Positions 46,503 through 58,540 of a stretch of DNA of 64,000 nucleotides are shown here, one piece after another (the first letter of the stretch is position 1; the number at the start of each line of letters is the position of its first letter). Made by a program: the position numbers and the translations under genes. The notes under the pieces were generated by a model. The model ran no database searches. It was given only the letters and a program-made list of their open reading frames with translations, and was not told the origin of the DNA. Origin of the DNA: Clostridia bacterium (GTDB taxonomy: Bacteria > Bacillota > Clostridia > Oscillospirales > CAG-272); assembly GCA_017453205.1 (NCBI GenBank), contig JAFTKO010000012.1, positions 70,530-134,529 on the forward strand. The letters are read 5' to 3'.

Positions 46503-48182
46503 ATGAAATTAACAGGCGCAGAAATTCTTGTCAGAACGCTGATTGAGCAGGGTGTGACCGATGTGTTCGGTTATCCCGGCGGTCAAGCGATCAATATTTA
46601 CGACGCGCTGTATAAGTACAGCGACGAGATCCATCACTATCTGACCGCGCATGAGCAGGGTGCGGCACACGCCGCGGACGGTTATTCGAGAGCCACGGGT
46701 AAGGTGGGGGTTTGCATTGCTACCTCGGGCCCCGGTGCGACTAATCTGGTCACGGGTATCGCCACCGCGATGCTTGACTCGATCCCCATGGTGGCAATCA
46801 CGGGTAACGTGCCCTCGTCGCTTATCGGTAAGGACAGCTTTCAAGAGATCGACATTACGGGCATTACGCTCCCCATTACCAAGCACAACTACTTTGTTCA
46901 TCGCATCGAGGATCTTGCCGACAGCATCCGTGAGGCATTCCAAATTGCCAAATCGGGCAGACCCGGACCGGTGCTGATCGATATTCCGAAGGATGTGCAG
47001 GTGGCGACCTACGACTATGAGCCGCAAACGGTGGTGGAAAAAATCCCGTTGCCGCTTGCCAAGCAGACGCAGATCGAGGAAGCGATTGCTTTGCTCAACG
47101 CGGCGGAGCGTCCCTACATTTACATCGGCGGCGGCGCCGCGGGACTTGGTATGGGCGAGGCGGTCAAGGAGCTTGCCGAGCGGATTGATGCTTATATCGG
47201 CTGTACCTTTATGGGACTTTCGGCGATCAACAACGATTGCGACCGTTTCCTTGGAATGCAGGGAATGCATGGTCATTACGCGTCCTCCATGGCACAAAAG
47301 AACGCCGATTTGATCTTTGCGATCGGTGTGCGCTTTAGCGACCGTGCCACGGGTAATGTTTCCAAATATGCAAAGGGCGCTAAGATCATTCAGCTCGATC
47401 CCGACTTTGCCGAGATCAACAAGAACGTCCGTGTGGACGTGGGCATCATCGGAGATGTTTTCGATTCCTTTACCCGTATTGCAAAGGGGGCTATCAAAAA
47501 GGATCATCCCGAATGGCGCAAAACCGTTGCGGAGCTTCGCGCCGACGAGGAGCGCTTTACCGCCGAGGCGGAGGCAAGCAGCAAAGCGCCTCTGACACCC
47601 AAAAAGATTTTTGATATCATCAACGCGGATAAACCCTCAAACACTGTGATTGCCACCGATGTCGGTCAGCATCAAATGTGGACGGCGCAGTACGTACAGT
47701 TTGACAACACCCGCCGCTTTGTTTCCAGCGGAGGACTCGGTACCATGGGCTTTGGTCTCGGTGCCGCCATCGGTGCACAAGTTGCCACAGGGGACTGTAC
47801 GGTGCTCATCACGGGGGACGGTAGCTTTGGTATGAATCTGAACGAGCTTGCCACCGCCGTGACCTACAAGATCCCTGTTGTGATCGTGCTGATGAATAAC
47901 GGCGTGCTGGGTATGGTGCGCCAGTGGCAGACGCTCTTCTTTGGAAAGCGTTATTCCAATACCGTTCTTGACCGTAAGACTGATTTTGTCAAGCTTGCCG
48001 AGGCATTTGGCGCCAAGGCTTACCGCGCATTTACCGCCGAAGAGTTCAAGACGGCATTTGATGAGGCACTGAAGAATACAGACGGTCCCGTGGTCATTGA
48101 TACCGCCATCGATGAGGACGCGTTCGTGCTTCCGATGCTGCCTCCCGGCGGTTCGATCGACGACATCATCGTGAGAAAGTGA
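46503..48182 (+). CDS. ilvB: acetolactate synthase, large subunit (biosynthetic)
   Basis: GAEILVRTLIEQGVTDVFGYPGG and TPP-binding GDGSFGMNLNELAT. Followed by ilvN. Confidence 0.92.
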   Translation: MKLTGAEILVRTLIEQGVTDVFGYPGGQAINIYDALYKYSDEIHHYLTAHEQGAAHAADGYSRATGKVGVCIATSGPGATNLVTGIATAMLDSIPMVAITGNVPSSLIGKDSFQEIDITGITLPITKHNYFVHRIEDLADSIREAFQIAKSGRPGPVLIDIPKDVQVATYDYEPQTVVEKIPLPLAKQTQIEEAIALLNAAERPYIYIGGGAAGLGMGEAVKELAERIDAYIGCTFMGLSAINNDCDRFLGMQGMHGHYASSMAQKNADLIFAIGVRFSDRATGNVSKYAKGAKIIQLDPDFAEINKNVRVDVGIIGDVFDSFTRIAKGAIKKDHPEWRKTVAELRADEERFTAEAEASSKAPLTPKKIFDIINADKPSNTVIATDVGQHQMWTAQYVQFDNTRRFVSSGGLGTMGFGLGAAIGAQVATGDCTVLITGDGSFGMNLNELATAVTYKIPVVIVLMNNGVLGMVRQWQTLFFGKRYSNTVLDRKTDFVKLAEAFGAKAYRAFTAEEFKTAFDEALKNTDGPVVIDTAIDEDAFVLPMLPPGGSIDDIIVRK

Positions 48183-48186
48183 GGGA

Positions 48187-48699
48187 ATGGCAATGGAAAA
48201 GAAAAATCAGTTTGTGATCGCTGTTTATGTGGATAACCAGTTCGGTGTGCTGACGCGTGTGACCAGTATGTTCACCCGCCGCGGCTTTAACATCGATGCA
48301 CTCACCGTGGGTGAGACCGAGTCGCCCGCGTATTCCCGCATCACCATCAGTTTGAGCGGTGACGGCTACGCCCGTGAACAGCTCATTAACCAACTGCGCA
48401 AGCTTTACAATGTCAAAAAGGTAGAAGTCCTCGAGGATGATTGCATTCAGCGCGAGCTGATGCTCATTAAGGTCAAAAACAGTCCCGCTTACCGTCAAGA
48501 GGTGCTCTCGGCGGTCGATGTTTACCGTGCCAAGGTCATTGACTACACGGTGGATGAAATGTCCATTGAGATCACGGGAGACCCCTCTAAGATCGACGCC
48601 TTTGTCAAGCTGATGATGTTCTACGGTATCATCATCGAAATGTGCCGCACGGGTATCGTGGCACTGGAACGCGGCAGTAACACACTGCTTAATAAATAA
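48187..48699 (+). CDS. ilvN: acetolactate synthase, small (regulatory) subunit
   Basis: ACT domain VYVDNQFGVLTRVTSMFTRRGFNIDALTVG. Confidence 0.9.
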   Translation: MAMEKKNQFVIAVYVDNQFGVLTRVTSMFTRRGFNIDALTVGETESPAYSRITISLSGDGYAREQLINQLRKLYNVKKVEVLEDDCIQRELMLIKVKNSPAYRQEVLSAVDVYRAKVIDYTVDEMSIEITGDPSKIDAFVKLMMFYGIIIEMCRTGIVALERGSNTLLNK

Positions 48700-48720
48700 A
48701 AAATCCATTTTTTAAAATAA

Positions 48721-49752
<1,032 letters not shown>

Positions 49753-49944
49753 GCGGCAAGACAAGTTGCTGTGATTTGACCCTTCTCTTACGGGCGACCG
49801 AAGGCAATCGCCGGTCGCCCGTAAAGGGATTTTGAACAAGAAAGTAATTTTGTAATGTTCGCACCCGTAGGAAGGAATTTGAGAATGTTGCTTGAATTTT
49901 TTCCTACAGGTGTGAATAAAAAAGTACATAGAATGGAGCTAAAA

Positions 49945-51606
49945 ATGATTAAAGATACCATTGTAAACGGCTTTCAAAATGCGCCTCACCGTTCGCTGTA
50001 TCACGCGCTGGGGCTCACTGACGAGGAGCTTTCGCGCCCTCTGATCGGTATTGTCAGTTCTTATAACGAGATCGTTCCGGGGCATATGAACCTGGATAAG
50101 ATCACCGACGCGGTCAAGCGCGGCGTGGCGATGGCGGGAGGAACCCCCATCATGTTCCCCGCAATCACGGTCTGCGACGGTATTGCCATGGGACATGTCG
50201 GTATGAAGTATTCGCTCGTCACACGCGATCTGATCGCCGACAGCACCGAGGCAATGGTCATGGCGCACGGCTTTGACGGCCTTGTCATGATCCCCAACTG
50301 CGACAAGAATGTTCCCGGACTCCTCATGGCGGCGGCAAGACTGAACATCCCCACGGTGTTTGTCAGCGGCGGTCCTATGCTGGCGGGACGCGTCGGCGGA
50401 CAAAAGCGCAGCCTTTCGAGTATGTTCGAGGCAGTCGGCGCTTACAATGCGGGTAAGATCAACGAGACACAGCTTTGCGAATTTGAGCGCAAGGTATGTC
50501 CCACCTGCGGCTCTTGCTCGGGGATGTACACCGCAAACTCAATGAACTGCTTGACCGAGGTTCTCGGTATGGGTCTGCGCGGCAACGGTACCGTTCCCGC
50601 AGTCTATTCTGCAAGAATCGAGCTTGCCAAGCACGCGGGTATGCAGGTCATGGAGCTGGTGAAAAAGAATATTCGTCCCCGTGACATTATGACAGAGGCG
50701 GCAATCCGCAATGCGGTGACCGCCGATATGGCACTGGGATGCTCCACCAACAGCATGCTCCACTTGCCCGCTATCGCAAACGAGTGCGGAGTACCTTTCA
50801 GCTTGGATGAAGTCAACCGCATCAGCGAAAAGACCCCCAACCTTTGCCATTTGGCTCCCGCGGGTCCCACCTATATGGAGGATCTGAACGAGGCGGGCGG
50901 TGTATACGCGGTGCTCAAGGAGCTGACCAAGCTCGGACTTCTTGACACCTCTGTCATGACCTGTACGGGCAAGACCTTGGGCGAGAACATTGCCGAGGCT
51001 GTCAATCTCGACGATACGGTCATCCGCACGGTGGAAAATCCCTACAGTAAGACAGGCGGTATCGCGGTTCTGCGCGGTAACCTTGCTCCCGACGGCTGTG
51101 TGGTCAAGAGAAGTGCCGTAGCACCCGAAATGTTGGTGCATGAGGGCCCCGCCAAGGTTTACGAAAGTGAAGAAGAAGCGATTGCCGCGATTTACGGCGG
51201 TAAGATCGTCAAGGGTGATGTAGTGGTCATTCGTTATGAGGGACCTGCGGGCGGTCCCGGTATGCGTGAGATGCTTTCTCCCACTTCCGCCATCGCGGGC
51301 ATGGGACTTGATAAGGATGTTGCCTTGATCACCGACGGACGTTTCTCGGGGGCTACCCGCGGCGCGTCGATCGGTCACATTTCTCCCGAGGCGGTCAGCG
51401 GCGGAACCGTCGCTTATGTAAAGGATGGAGATATCATCTCCATCAACATTCCCGAATATAAGATCGAGCTCAAGGTTTCCGACGAGGAGCTGGCGAAACG
51501 CCGCACCGAGATGCCGATCAAGAAGAAAGAGAATATCACGGGCTATCTCAAACGCTACGCCGCACAGGTCAGCTCTGCTGACCGCGGTGCGATCATTAAT
51601 AAATAA
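49945..51606 (+). CDS. ilvD: dihydroxy-acid dehydratase
   Basis: Start moved to ATG 49945 (GGAG SD). [35 protein letters not shown]. Confidence 0.93.
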   Translation: MIKDTIVNGFQNAPHRSLYHALGLTDEELSRPLIGIVSSYNEIVPGHMNLDKITDAVKRGVAMAGGTPIMFPAITVCDGIAMGHVGMKYSLVTRDLIADSTEAMVMAHGFDGLVMIPNCDKNVPGLLMAAARLNIPTVFVSGGPMLAGRVGGQKRSLSSMFEAVGAYNAGKINETQLCEFERKVCPTCGSCSGMYTANSMNCLTEVLGMGLRGNGTVPAVYSARIELAKHAGMQVMELVKKNIRPRDIMTEAAIRNAVTADMALGCSTNSMLHLPAIANECGVPFSLDEVNRISEKTPNLCHLAPAGPTYMEDLNEAGGVYAVLKELTKLGLLDTSVMTCTGKTLGENIAEAVNLDDTVIRTVENPYSKTGGIAVLRGNLAPDGCVVKRSAVAPEMLVHEGPAKVYESEEEAIAAIYGGKIVKGDVVVIRYEGPAGGPGMREMLSPTSAIAGMGLDKDVALITDGRFSGATRGASIGHISPEAVSGGTVAYVKDGDIISINIPEYKIELKVSDEELAKRRTEMPIKKKENITGYLKRYAAQVSSADRGAIINK

Positions 51607-51630
51607 TCAAACAGGAAGGAACACCGAACG

Positions 51631-52905
51631 ATGTCTACCAAAATGACGATGACGCAAAAGATCCTCGCGGCGCACGCGGGACTCGAGAGCGTTGAAGCGG
51701 GACAATTGATCTTGGTCAATGTTGACCGTGTATTGGGAAATGATATTACATCTCCCGTTGCCATTCGCGAGTTTGAGCGGATCGGCGTCAAGGACGTTTA
51801 CGATAAAGAAAAGGTGACAATGGTCATGGACCATTTCGCACCCAACAAGGATATCAAGGCGGCGGTTCAGTGCAAAATGTGCCGCGAGTTCTGCGGAGAT
51901 CATGAAATTACCAATTTCTATGACGTGGGACGCATGGGCATCGAGCATGCGCTCCTTCCCGAAAAGGGACTGGTCGTTCCCGGGGACGTGGTCATCGGCG
52001 CCGACTCTCACACTTGCACCTACGGTGCCATCGGTGCGTTTTCCACGGGTGTCGGTTCCACCGATATGGCGTGCGGAATGGCGACCGGTAAGGCTTGGTT
52101 TAAGGTTCCCTCGGCAATTAAATTTGTCCTCAAGGGCAAGCTGAACAAATACGTTTCGGGTAAGGATGTGATCCTGCACATCATTGGTATGATCGGTGTG
52201 GACGGCGCGCTTTACAAGTCTATGGAATTTGTCGGCGAGGGTGTGGCAGCTTTGACTGTGTTCGACCGCTTGACGATTTCCAATATGGCGATCGAGGCGG
52301 GCGCGAAGAACGGTATTTTTGAGGTTGATGACGCAACCTTGGCTTACGTCAACGAAAGAGCGCAAAAGCCCTATACAGTCTACAAGGCAGATCCCGACGC
52401 GGAATACGACGAGACTTACGAGATCGATCTTTCCAAGATCAAGTCCACCGTTGCTTTCCCGCATCTTCCCGAAAATACCCGTACCATTGACGAGGTGGGA
52501 GATGTGCGCATCGATCAGATCGTCATCGGCTCCTGTACCAACGGTCACTATAAGGATCTTGCCGAGGCGGCTGAGATCCTCAAGGGCAAAAAGATTGCCG
52601 ACCATGTGCGTGCCATCATTATTCCCGCTACACAGGAGATCTACCTCAAGGCAATGGAAAACGGCCTCTTAAAGATCTTTATCGACGCGGGCTGTGCCGT
52701 ATCTACCCCGACGTGCGGACCTTGTCTTGGCGGTCATATGGGTATTCTTGCGGCAGGAGAGCGCGCAGTTGCCACCACCAACCGCAATTTTGTCGGACGT
52801 ATGGGTGACGTCAAATCCGAGGTTTACCTCGCAAGCCCCGCGGTAGCTGCTGCCAGTGCAATTGCAGGTAAGATCGCTGATCCCAACGCGGTCATGGCGA
52901 ACTGA
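51631..52905 (+). CDS. leuC: 3-isopropylmalate dehydratase, large subunit
   Basis: Aconitase-family blocks [11 protein letters not shown] and GSCTNG; TCGPCLGG. Confidence 0.93.
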   Translation: MSTKMTMTQKILAAHAGLESVEAGQLILVNVDRVLGNDITSPVAIREFERIGVKDVYDKEKVTMVMDHFAPNKDIKAAVQCKMCREFCGDHEITNFYDVGRMGIEHALLPEKGLVVPGDVVIGADSHTCTYGAIGAFSTGVGSTDMACGMATGKAWFKVPSAIKFVLKGKLNKYVSGKDVILHIIGMIGVDGALYKSMEFVGEGVAALTVFDRLTISNMAIEAGAKNGIFEVDDATLAYVNERAQKPYTVYKADPDAEYDETYEIDLSKIKSTVAFPHLPENTRTIDEVGDVRIDQIVIGSCTNGHYKDLAEAAEILKGKKIADHVRAIIIPATQEIYLKAMENGLLKIFIDAGCAVSTPTCGPCLGGHMGILAAGERAVATTNRNFVGRMGDVKSEVYLASPAVAAASAIAGKIADPNAVMAN

Positions 52906-52926
52906 CGAAAGGAGTGGAATCCGATT

Positions 52927-53421
52927 ATGAATTTTAACGGTAAAGTTTTGAAATACGGGGACAATGTGGATACCGACGTGATCATTCCCGCACGTTACCT
53001 CAACACCATTGATAAAAAAGAGCTTGCCACGCACTGTATGGAGGACATTGACAAGGATTTTGTCAACAAGGTAGCTCCCGGTGACATTATGGTCGCCGGC
53101 TACAACTTCGGTTGCGGTTCCTCCCGTGAGCACGCACCCATCGTCATCAAGGAGAGCGGCGTGTCCTTGGTCATTGCCAAGAGCTTTGCTCGCATCTTCT
53201 ATCGCAACGCCATCAACATCGGTCTTGCGATCCTCGAATGCCCCGAGGCGGCAGAGGAGATCGCGGAGGGAGACATTGTGGAGGCCGACCTTGATGCGGG
53301 TGTAATCTACAACCGCACCACGGGCAAGCAGTACGCCACACAGCCGTTCCCCGAATTTATTCAGCAGATCATCACGAATGGCGGACTGGTGGAATCGATC
53401 CGCAAAGGAGCAATCAAATGA
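52927..53421 (+). CDS. leuD: 3-isopropylmalate dehydratase, small subunit
   Basis: 164 aa; [13 protein letters not shown]. Confidence 0.92.
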   Translation: MNFNGKVLKYGDNVDTDVIIPARYLNTIDKKELATHCMEDIDKDFVNKVAPGDIMVAGYNFGCGSSREHAPIVIKESGVSLVIAKSFARIFYRNAINIGLAILECPEAAEEIAEGDIVEADLDAGVIYNRTTGKQYATQPFPEFIQQIITNGGLVESIRKGAIK

Positions 53422-54485
53422 GATATAATATTGCATTACTCAAAGGCGACGGCATCGGTCCCGAGATCGTGGACAGTGCGGTTCGCGTACTGGAAAAGAT
53501 CGGTCAAAAATACGGACACGAGTTTGTTTTTACCCCTTACCTCATCGGCGGTGCCGCGATTGACGCTTGCGGTGAGCCGCTCCCCAAAGAGACGGTCGCG
53601 GGCTGTCTCGCATCTGACAGCGTACTGCTTGGTGCGGTCGGAGGACCGAAGTGGGACACCCTCCCCGGGAACCTCCGTCCCGAAAAGGCTTTGCTCGGCA
53701 TTCGCGCGGCAATGGAGCTTTTTACCAATCTCCGTCCCGCAAAGCTTTATCCCGCATTGAAGGACGAGTGTCCTTTGCGTGCCGATATCGTCGAGAACGG
53801 CTTTGATATCATGATCGTTCGCGAGCTGACGGGCGGCATCTATTTTGGCGAGAGAGGAATGCGCGAGGGCAAGTGGGGCGAAGAGGCATACGACACCGAA
53901 TGCTACAGCCGCATGGAGATTGAGCGTATCGCAAAGGTCGCGTTTGAGACCGCAATGAAGCGCGGTAAGCACGTCACCAGTATCGATAAAGCAAACGTGC
54001 TGGAAAGCTCCAGACTTTGGAGAAAGATCATGCACGAGACCGCCGAGCGCTATCCCGATGTCGAGTACCGTGATATGTTGGTCGACAACGCCGCGATGCA
54101 GCTGGTGCGCAACCCCGCGCAATTTGATGTCATCGTGACCTCCAATATGTTCGGTGATATCCTATCGGATGAGGCATCGCAGATCACGGGTTCGATCGGT
54201 ATGCTCCCGTCCGCGTCCTTGGGCGAGACCTCCCGCGGACTTTACGAGCCGATCCATGGTTCCGCACCCGACATTGCGGGTCAGCATAAGGCGAACCCCA
54301 TTGCTACCATTCTTTCGGCAGGCATGATGCTGTTGCACGCGTTTGGGCTTTCCAAGGAGCACGATGCAATCGTAAATGCGGTTGACGCGGTGCTGAACGC
54401 GGGCTACCGCACAGCCGATCTTTCCCACGGTGCTCCGTATCTCACCACCGAGGAGATCACCGACAAGATTTTGGAGCAGATTTAA
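53418..54485 (+). CDS. leuB: 3-isopropylmalate dehydrogenase
   Basis: [14 protein letters not shown] and [16 protein letters not shown] overlap with leuD. Confidence 0.93.
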   Translation: MRYNIALLKGDGIGPEIVDSAVRVLEKIGQKYGHEFVFTPYLIGGAAIDACGEPLPKETVAGCLASDSVLLGAVGGPKWDTLPGNLRPEKALLGIRAAMELFTNLRPAKLYPALKDECPLRADIVENGFDIMIVRELTGGIYFGERGMREGKWGEEAYDTECYSRMEIERIAKVAFETAMKRGKHVTSIDKANVLESSRLWRKIMHETAERYPDVEYRDMLVDNAAMQLVRNPAQFDVIVTSNMFGDILSDEASQITGSIGMLPSASLGETSRGLYEPIHGSAPDIAGQHKANPIATILSAGMMLLHAFGLSKEHDAIVNAVDAVLNAGYRTADLSHGAPYLTTEEITDKILEQI

Positions 54486-54492
54486 GAGGCAA

Positions 54493-55677
54493 ATGATGTC
54501 AAACATACAAATGCTTGCTTTGCGCTTGCATACGCTTACGGTATTTCGCGCACTTCTCGGGCTTACGCTATTTGAAAATTTTCTTGCATATGCGCGGGAA
54601 AATGATAGCGCGTGCAAGATCGATCGCTATGCGGAAATGGTATGTGAGGTCTACTGCCAAGGCGGTGATCTGACCGCCGCTGTGCGCAAAGCCCTGTTTG
54701 AAAATGAAAATGTATACGTCACTGCGTTGGCAGCAGGGAAGGGCGTGGATGCGCATATCGTTGCCTCGGCGGAGCGCGAGCTTGCCATCCTTTCGGAGCT
54801 TGCCTCACTGACACCGTCCGATTGGAAAGCCGATATCGGACTTGATATCGAGCTTCCCTTGTTTACTTCTCAAAAGGTCGACTTTGCCCCCGAATACCGC
54901 GTGCGCATTGCAGATATTCACAAGCATGGCTACGGGATTTTCGCTTCTCACGGAATGTTCCGTCTGTCGGACAGTGGGGAAAGAAGCATAGAGCCCATTG
55001 TCAGCGCCGACCGCATCACGGTCGAGACCTTTACGGGATATGAGGCAGAGCGCCAAAAGGTAATTGCCAATACGCAAGCCTTTGTGGACGGCAAGCCTGC
55101 CGCAAACGTCCTGCTTTACGGTGACGCGGGCACGGGAAAATCCTCCACGGTCAAGGCGGTGGCAAATCAATTTTTTGATGAGGGTGTTCGTTTGATCGAG
55201 CTGCGCAAGGATCAGATGTCGCTTTTGCCGTTTGTGATGGAAAAGATCAGCCGCAATCCCCTTAAATTTATCATTTTTATCGATGACCTGTCCTTTAACC
55301 GCAATGACGATACTTTCAGTATGCTCAAGGCGGCGCTCGAGGGTTCGGCGTCGGCAAAGGCGTCCAACGCGGTCATTTACGCCACCAGCAACCGCCGCCA
55401 CATCGTGCGCGAGTGCTTTGACGAACGTGAGGGCTCGGATGTCCACCGCAACGACACAATGCAGGAGCTCCTGTCTTTGTCGGCACGCTTTGGCTTGACG
55501 GTGCGGTTTGAAAAGCCCAACAAGGAGCTTTATCTGACAATCGTCCGTGAGCTTGCACAAAAGAAGGGCGTGACCAAGGAAGTGCATGAACTGGAGATCG
55601 AAGCCGAGGCGTTTGCGCTTGCTCGCGGTCACCGTTCGCCCCGTTGTGCGGAACAATATATCGACAGTCTTTTGTAA
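54493..55677 (+). CDS. DUF815-family P-loop ATPase (AAA-like), function unknown
   Basis: Start moved to ATG 54493. Walker A LLYGDAGTGKSS, Walker B FIIFIDDLSF, ATSNRRH. DUF815 call from memory. Confidence 0.75.
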   Translation: MMSNIQMLALRLHTLTVFRALLGLTLFENFLAYARENDSACKIDRYAEMVCEVYCQGGDLTAAVRKALFENENVYVTALAAGKGVDAHIVASAERELAILSELASLTPSDWKADIGLDIELPLFTSQKVDFAPEYRVRIADIHKHGYGIFASHGMFRLSDSGERSIEPIVSADRITVETFTGYEAERQKVIANTQAFVDGKPAANVLLYGDAGTGKSSTVKAVANQFFDEGVRLIELRKDQMSLLPFVMEKISRNPLKFIIFIDDLSFNRNDDTFSMLKAALEGSASAKASNAVIYATSNRRHIVRECFDEREGSDVHRNDTMQELLSLSARFGLTVRFEKPNKELYLTIVRELAQKKGVTKEVHELEIEAEAFALARGHRSPRCAEQYIDSLL

Positions 55678-55709
55678 GAGAAGATTTGAAAAGAAAAGAG
55701 AGTGAACAT

Positions 55710-56909
55710 ATGCTGACACTTGACAATGTGTATCGTGCAAGCTACGCGCTGAAAAATGTTATTCGCAAGACCGACGTGATCTACGCGCCCAAGCTTTGTC
55801 CCGAGGCACAGATCTATTTGAAAACCGAGAACCTGCAAATTACGGGTTCCTTTAAGGTGCGCGGTTCTTACTACAAAATGTCACGGCTTTCCGATGAGGA
55901 AAAGGCGCGCGGTGTGATTGCCTGTTCGGCGGGGAACCACGCACAAGGCGTGGCGCTTTCCGCACAGCGCAACGGGATTAAGGCAGTCATCTGTCTGCCA
56001 GACGGTGCCCCCATTTCCAAGGTGGAGGCGACCAAGAGCTATGGCGCCGAGGTGTGCTTGGTGGAGGGTGTTTATGATGATGCTTACCGCAAGGCGCTCG
56101 AGCTGCGCGACGAAAAGGGCTACACTTTTATCCACCCGTTTGATGATGAAGATGTCATCGCGGGGCAGGGAACCATCGCATTGGAGCTGATGGAGCAGAT
56201 ATCCGATATGGATGCAGTCATCGTACCCATCGGTGGCGGCGGACTGATTGCGGGAATTGCTTACACCATCAAAACGCTCCGTCCCGACATCAAGGTGTAC
56301 GGGGTACAGGCGTGTGGTGCACCCTCTATGGCAAACTCGATCCGCGACGGCAAGATTGAGGAGCTTTCGGGTGTTTCCACCATTGCCGACGGTATCGCTG
56401 TGAAAAAGCCGGGTTCCCTTACATATGAAATTTGCAGTCAGTATGTGGATGAGGTCGTCACGGTCACCGATGACGAAATCTCAGCGGCAATTCTTGCGCT
56501 GATGGAACAGCAAAAGCTGGTCACCGAGGGTGCGGGTGCCGTTGCGGTTGCGGCGGCAATGTTCGGCAAGGTCGATATCAAGGGCAAAAAGGTGGTCTGC
56601 CTCCTGTCGGGCGGCAATATCGATGTGACCATTCTCTCGCGCGTGATCGATCGCGGGCTCCTTATGTCGGGTAGAACGTGTCAGCTGATGATCGAGCTTG
56701 TCGACAAGCCCGGTCAGCTCAAAGACGTTTCCCGGATTATCGCCGATCTTGGCGGAAATGTGATCTCGGTACACCACGAGCGTGCGAACCCCGGGTCCAA
56801 TGTTAACGGCTGTTATTTGCGCATTATTCTCGAAACGCGTAACTTTGAGCATATCAACCAAATCAACACCGCATTGACCGACGCGGGATTCAGATTGATT
56901 TCAGGATGA
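55710..56909 (+). CDS. ilvA: threonine ammonia-lyase (short form with one ACT-like domain)
   Basis: Start moved to ATG 55710. PLP site [11 protein letters not shown] and GGGGLIAG; C-terminal regulatory domain. Confidence 0.88.
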   Translation: MLTLDNVYRASYALKNVIRKTDVIYAPKLCPEAQIYLKTENLQITGSFKVRGSYYKMSRLSDEEKARGVIACSAGNHAQGVALSAQRNGIKAVICLPDGAPISKVEATKSYGAEVCLVEGVYDDAYRKALELRDEKGYTFIHPFDDEDVIAGQGTIALELMEQISDMDAVIVPIGGGGLIAGIAYTIKTLRPDIKVYGVQACGAPSMANSIRDGKIEELSGVSTIADGIAVKKPGSLTYEICSQYVDEVVTVTDDEISAAILALMEQQKLVTEGAGAVAVAAAMFGKVDIKGKKVVCLLSGGNIDVTILSRVIDRGLLMSGRTCQLMIELVDKPGQLKDVSRIIADLGGNVISVHHERANPGSNVNGCYLRIILETRNFEHINQINTALTDAGFRLISG

Positions 56910-56947
56910 AAACACGCGAGGCAGAACCTCGAAAAGGAGAATATCAC

Positions 56948-57319
56948 ATGAAAAAAGTAGCAACAGAAAAAGCACCCGCGGCGATCGGACCGTATTCACA
57001 GGCGACGATTGTAGGAAATTTGGTATATACCTCGGGGCAGATCGCAATTGATCCCGCCGTGGGAGATATTGTGGCAAAGGATGTTCGCGAGCAGAGCGAA
57101 CAGGTGATGAAGAACTTAGGTGCGGTGCTCGAGGCGGCGGGAAGCTCCTACGAGAAAGCGGTCAAGACCACCTGTTTTCTTGCAAACATCGGTGATTTTG
57201 CCGTTTTCAACGAAGTATACGGTAAGTATTTTACCGAAAAGCCCGCACGTAGCTGTGTCGCGGTAGCGGCGCTCCCGAAAGGCGCTTTGGTTGAAGTAGA
57301 AGTCATTGCGGAGCTTTGA
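56948..57319 (+). CDS. ridA: RidA family reactive enamine/imine deaminase
   Basis: ATG 56948 (AAGGAG SD). [40 protein letters not shown]. Confidence 0.88.
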   Translation: MKKVATEKAPAAIGPYSQATIVGNLVYTSGQIAIDPAVGDIVAKDVREQSEQVMKNLGAVLEAAGSSYEKAVKTTCFLANIGDFAVFNEVYGKYFTEKPARSCVAVAALPKGALVEVEVIAEL

Positions 57320-57359
57320 TCCGCTTTTCAATAAAGAATTAAGAAAGGAAGCATGAAAA

Positions 57360-58385
57360 ATGTCTGCAAAAGAGATCGATTGGAGTAGCCTTGGGTTTGG
57401 ATATGTGAAAACCGACCTACGCTATGTTGCCAATTACAAGGACGGAAAATGGGATGACGGAGCCCTGACCGACAATGAAAACATCGTACTGAACGAGTGT
57501 GCGGGTGTTCTGCAATACGCACAGACCTGCTTTGAGGGTCTGAAAGCCTACACCACCGAGGACGGACGCATCGTCTGCTTCCGCCCCGATTTGAATGCCG
57601 AGCGTATGATCAATTCCTGCGAACGCATGAAGATGCCCGTATTTCCCAAGGAGCGTTTTCTTGACGCCATTGTCAAGACGGTTGCCGCAAACCGCGAGTG
57701 GGTTCCGCCTTACGGTTCGGGTGCCTCCCTCTATCTGCGTCCCTACATGTTCGGCAGTAATTCGGTCATCGGCGTCAAGCCCGCAACCGAGTATCAGTTC
57801 CGCGTATTCGCAACCCCCGTTGGTCCTTACTTTAAGGGCGGTGTCAAGCCGTTGACGGTTCGCATCAGTGATTACGATCGTGCCGCTCCTCACGGAACGG
57901 GACACATCAAGGCGGGACTGAACTATGCCATGAGCCTTTACGCCATCGTTGACGCGCATGAACAGGGCTTTGACGAAAATATCTATCTTGACCCCGGTAC
58001 ACGTACCTACATCGAAGAGACCGGCGGTGCCAACATTCTGTTGGTTACCAAGGATGGTAAAGTCGTTACTCCCAAATCGAGTAGCATTCTGCCCTCCATT
58101 ACCCGCCGTTCGCTGATGTATGTTGCAAAAGAGTATCTCGGTATGGAGGTTGAGGAGCGTCAAGTACGCCTTGACGAGTTGGATACCTTTGCCGAGTGCG
58201 GTCTCTGCGGTACTGCGGCGGTCATCTCGCCCGTGGGCAAGATCGTTGACCACGGTAAGGAGATCTGTTTGCCTTCCGGTATGAACGACATGGGACCTGT
58301 GACCAAAAAGCTGTACGACACTCTGCGCGGCATTCAGATGGGAACCATCCCCGCGCCCGAAGGCTGGATCGTGGAGATCAAGTAA
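57360..58385 (+). CDS. ilvE: branched-chain amino-acid aminotransferase
   Basis: 341 aa class IV aminotransferase; CFEGLKAY, GTGHIKAGLNY, EETGGANI. Confidence 0.9.
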   Translation: MSAKEIDWSSLGFGYVKTDLRYVANYKDGKWDDGALTDNENIVLNECAGVLQYAQTCFEGLKAYTTEDGRIVCFRPDLNAERMINSCERMKMPVFPKERFLDAIVKTVAANREWVPPYGSGASLYLRPYMFGSNSVIGVKPATEYQFRVFATPVGPYFKGGVKPLTVRISDYDRAAPHGTGHIKAGLNYAMSLYAIVDAHEQGFDENIYLDPGTRTYIEETGGANILLVTKDGKVVTPKSSSILPSITRRSLMYVAKEYLGMEVEERQVRLDELDTFAECGLCGTAAVISPVGKIVDHGKEICLPSGMNDMGPVTKKLYDTLRGIQMGTIPAPEGWIVEIK

Positions 58386-58402
58386 TTTTGAATTGTTTTT
58401 TG

Positions 58403-58451
58403 TGGGGAAACTTTTTCAAAAGTTTCCCCACACCCATTTAAAAGTTTTCAC
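58403..58451 (+). repeat. intergenic hairpin-plus-tail repeat, copy 6
   Basis: T-run, then TGGGGAAACTTTTtcAAAAGTTTCCCCA, then tail CACCCATTTAAAAGTTTTCAC. Confidence 0.55.
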
Positions 58452-58540
58452 GCATTTTTATTGCGCTAAGACAAAGTTTTTTGACATCCGTTTCGATACT
58501 GTCTGATTTCAAAATAATTTATCACAAAGGAAAAATTACG

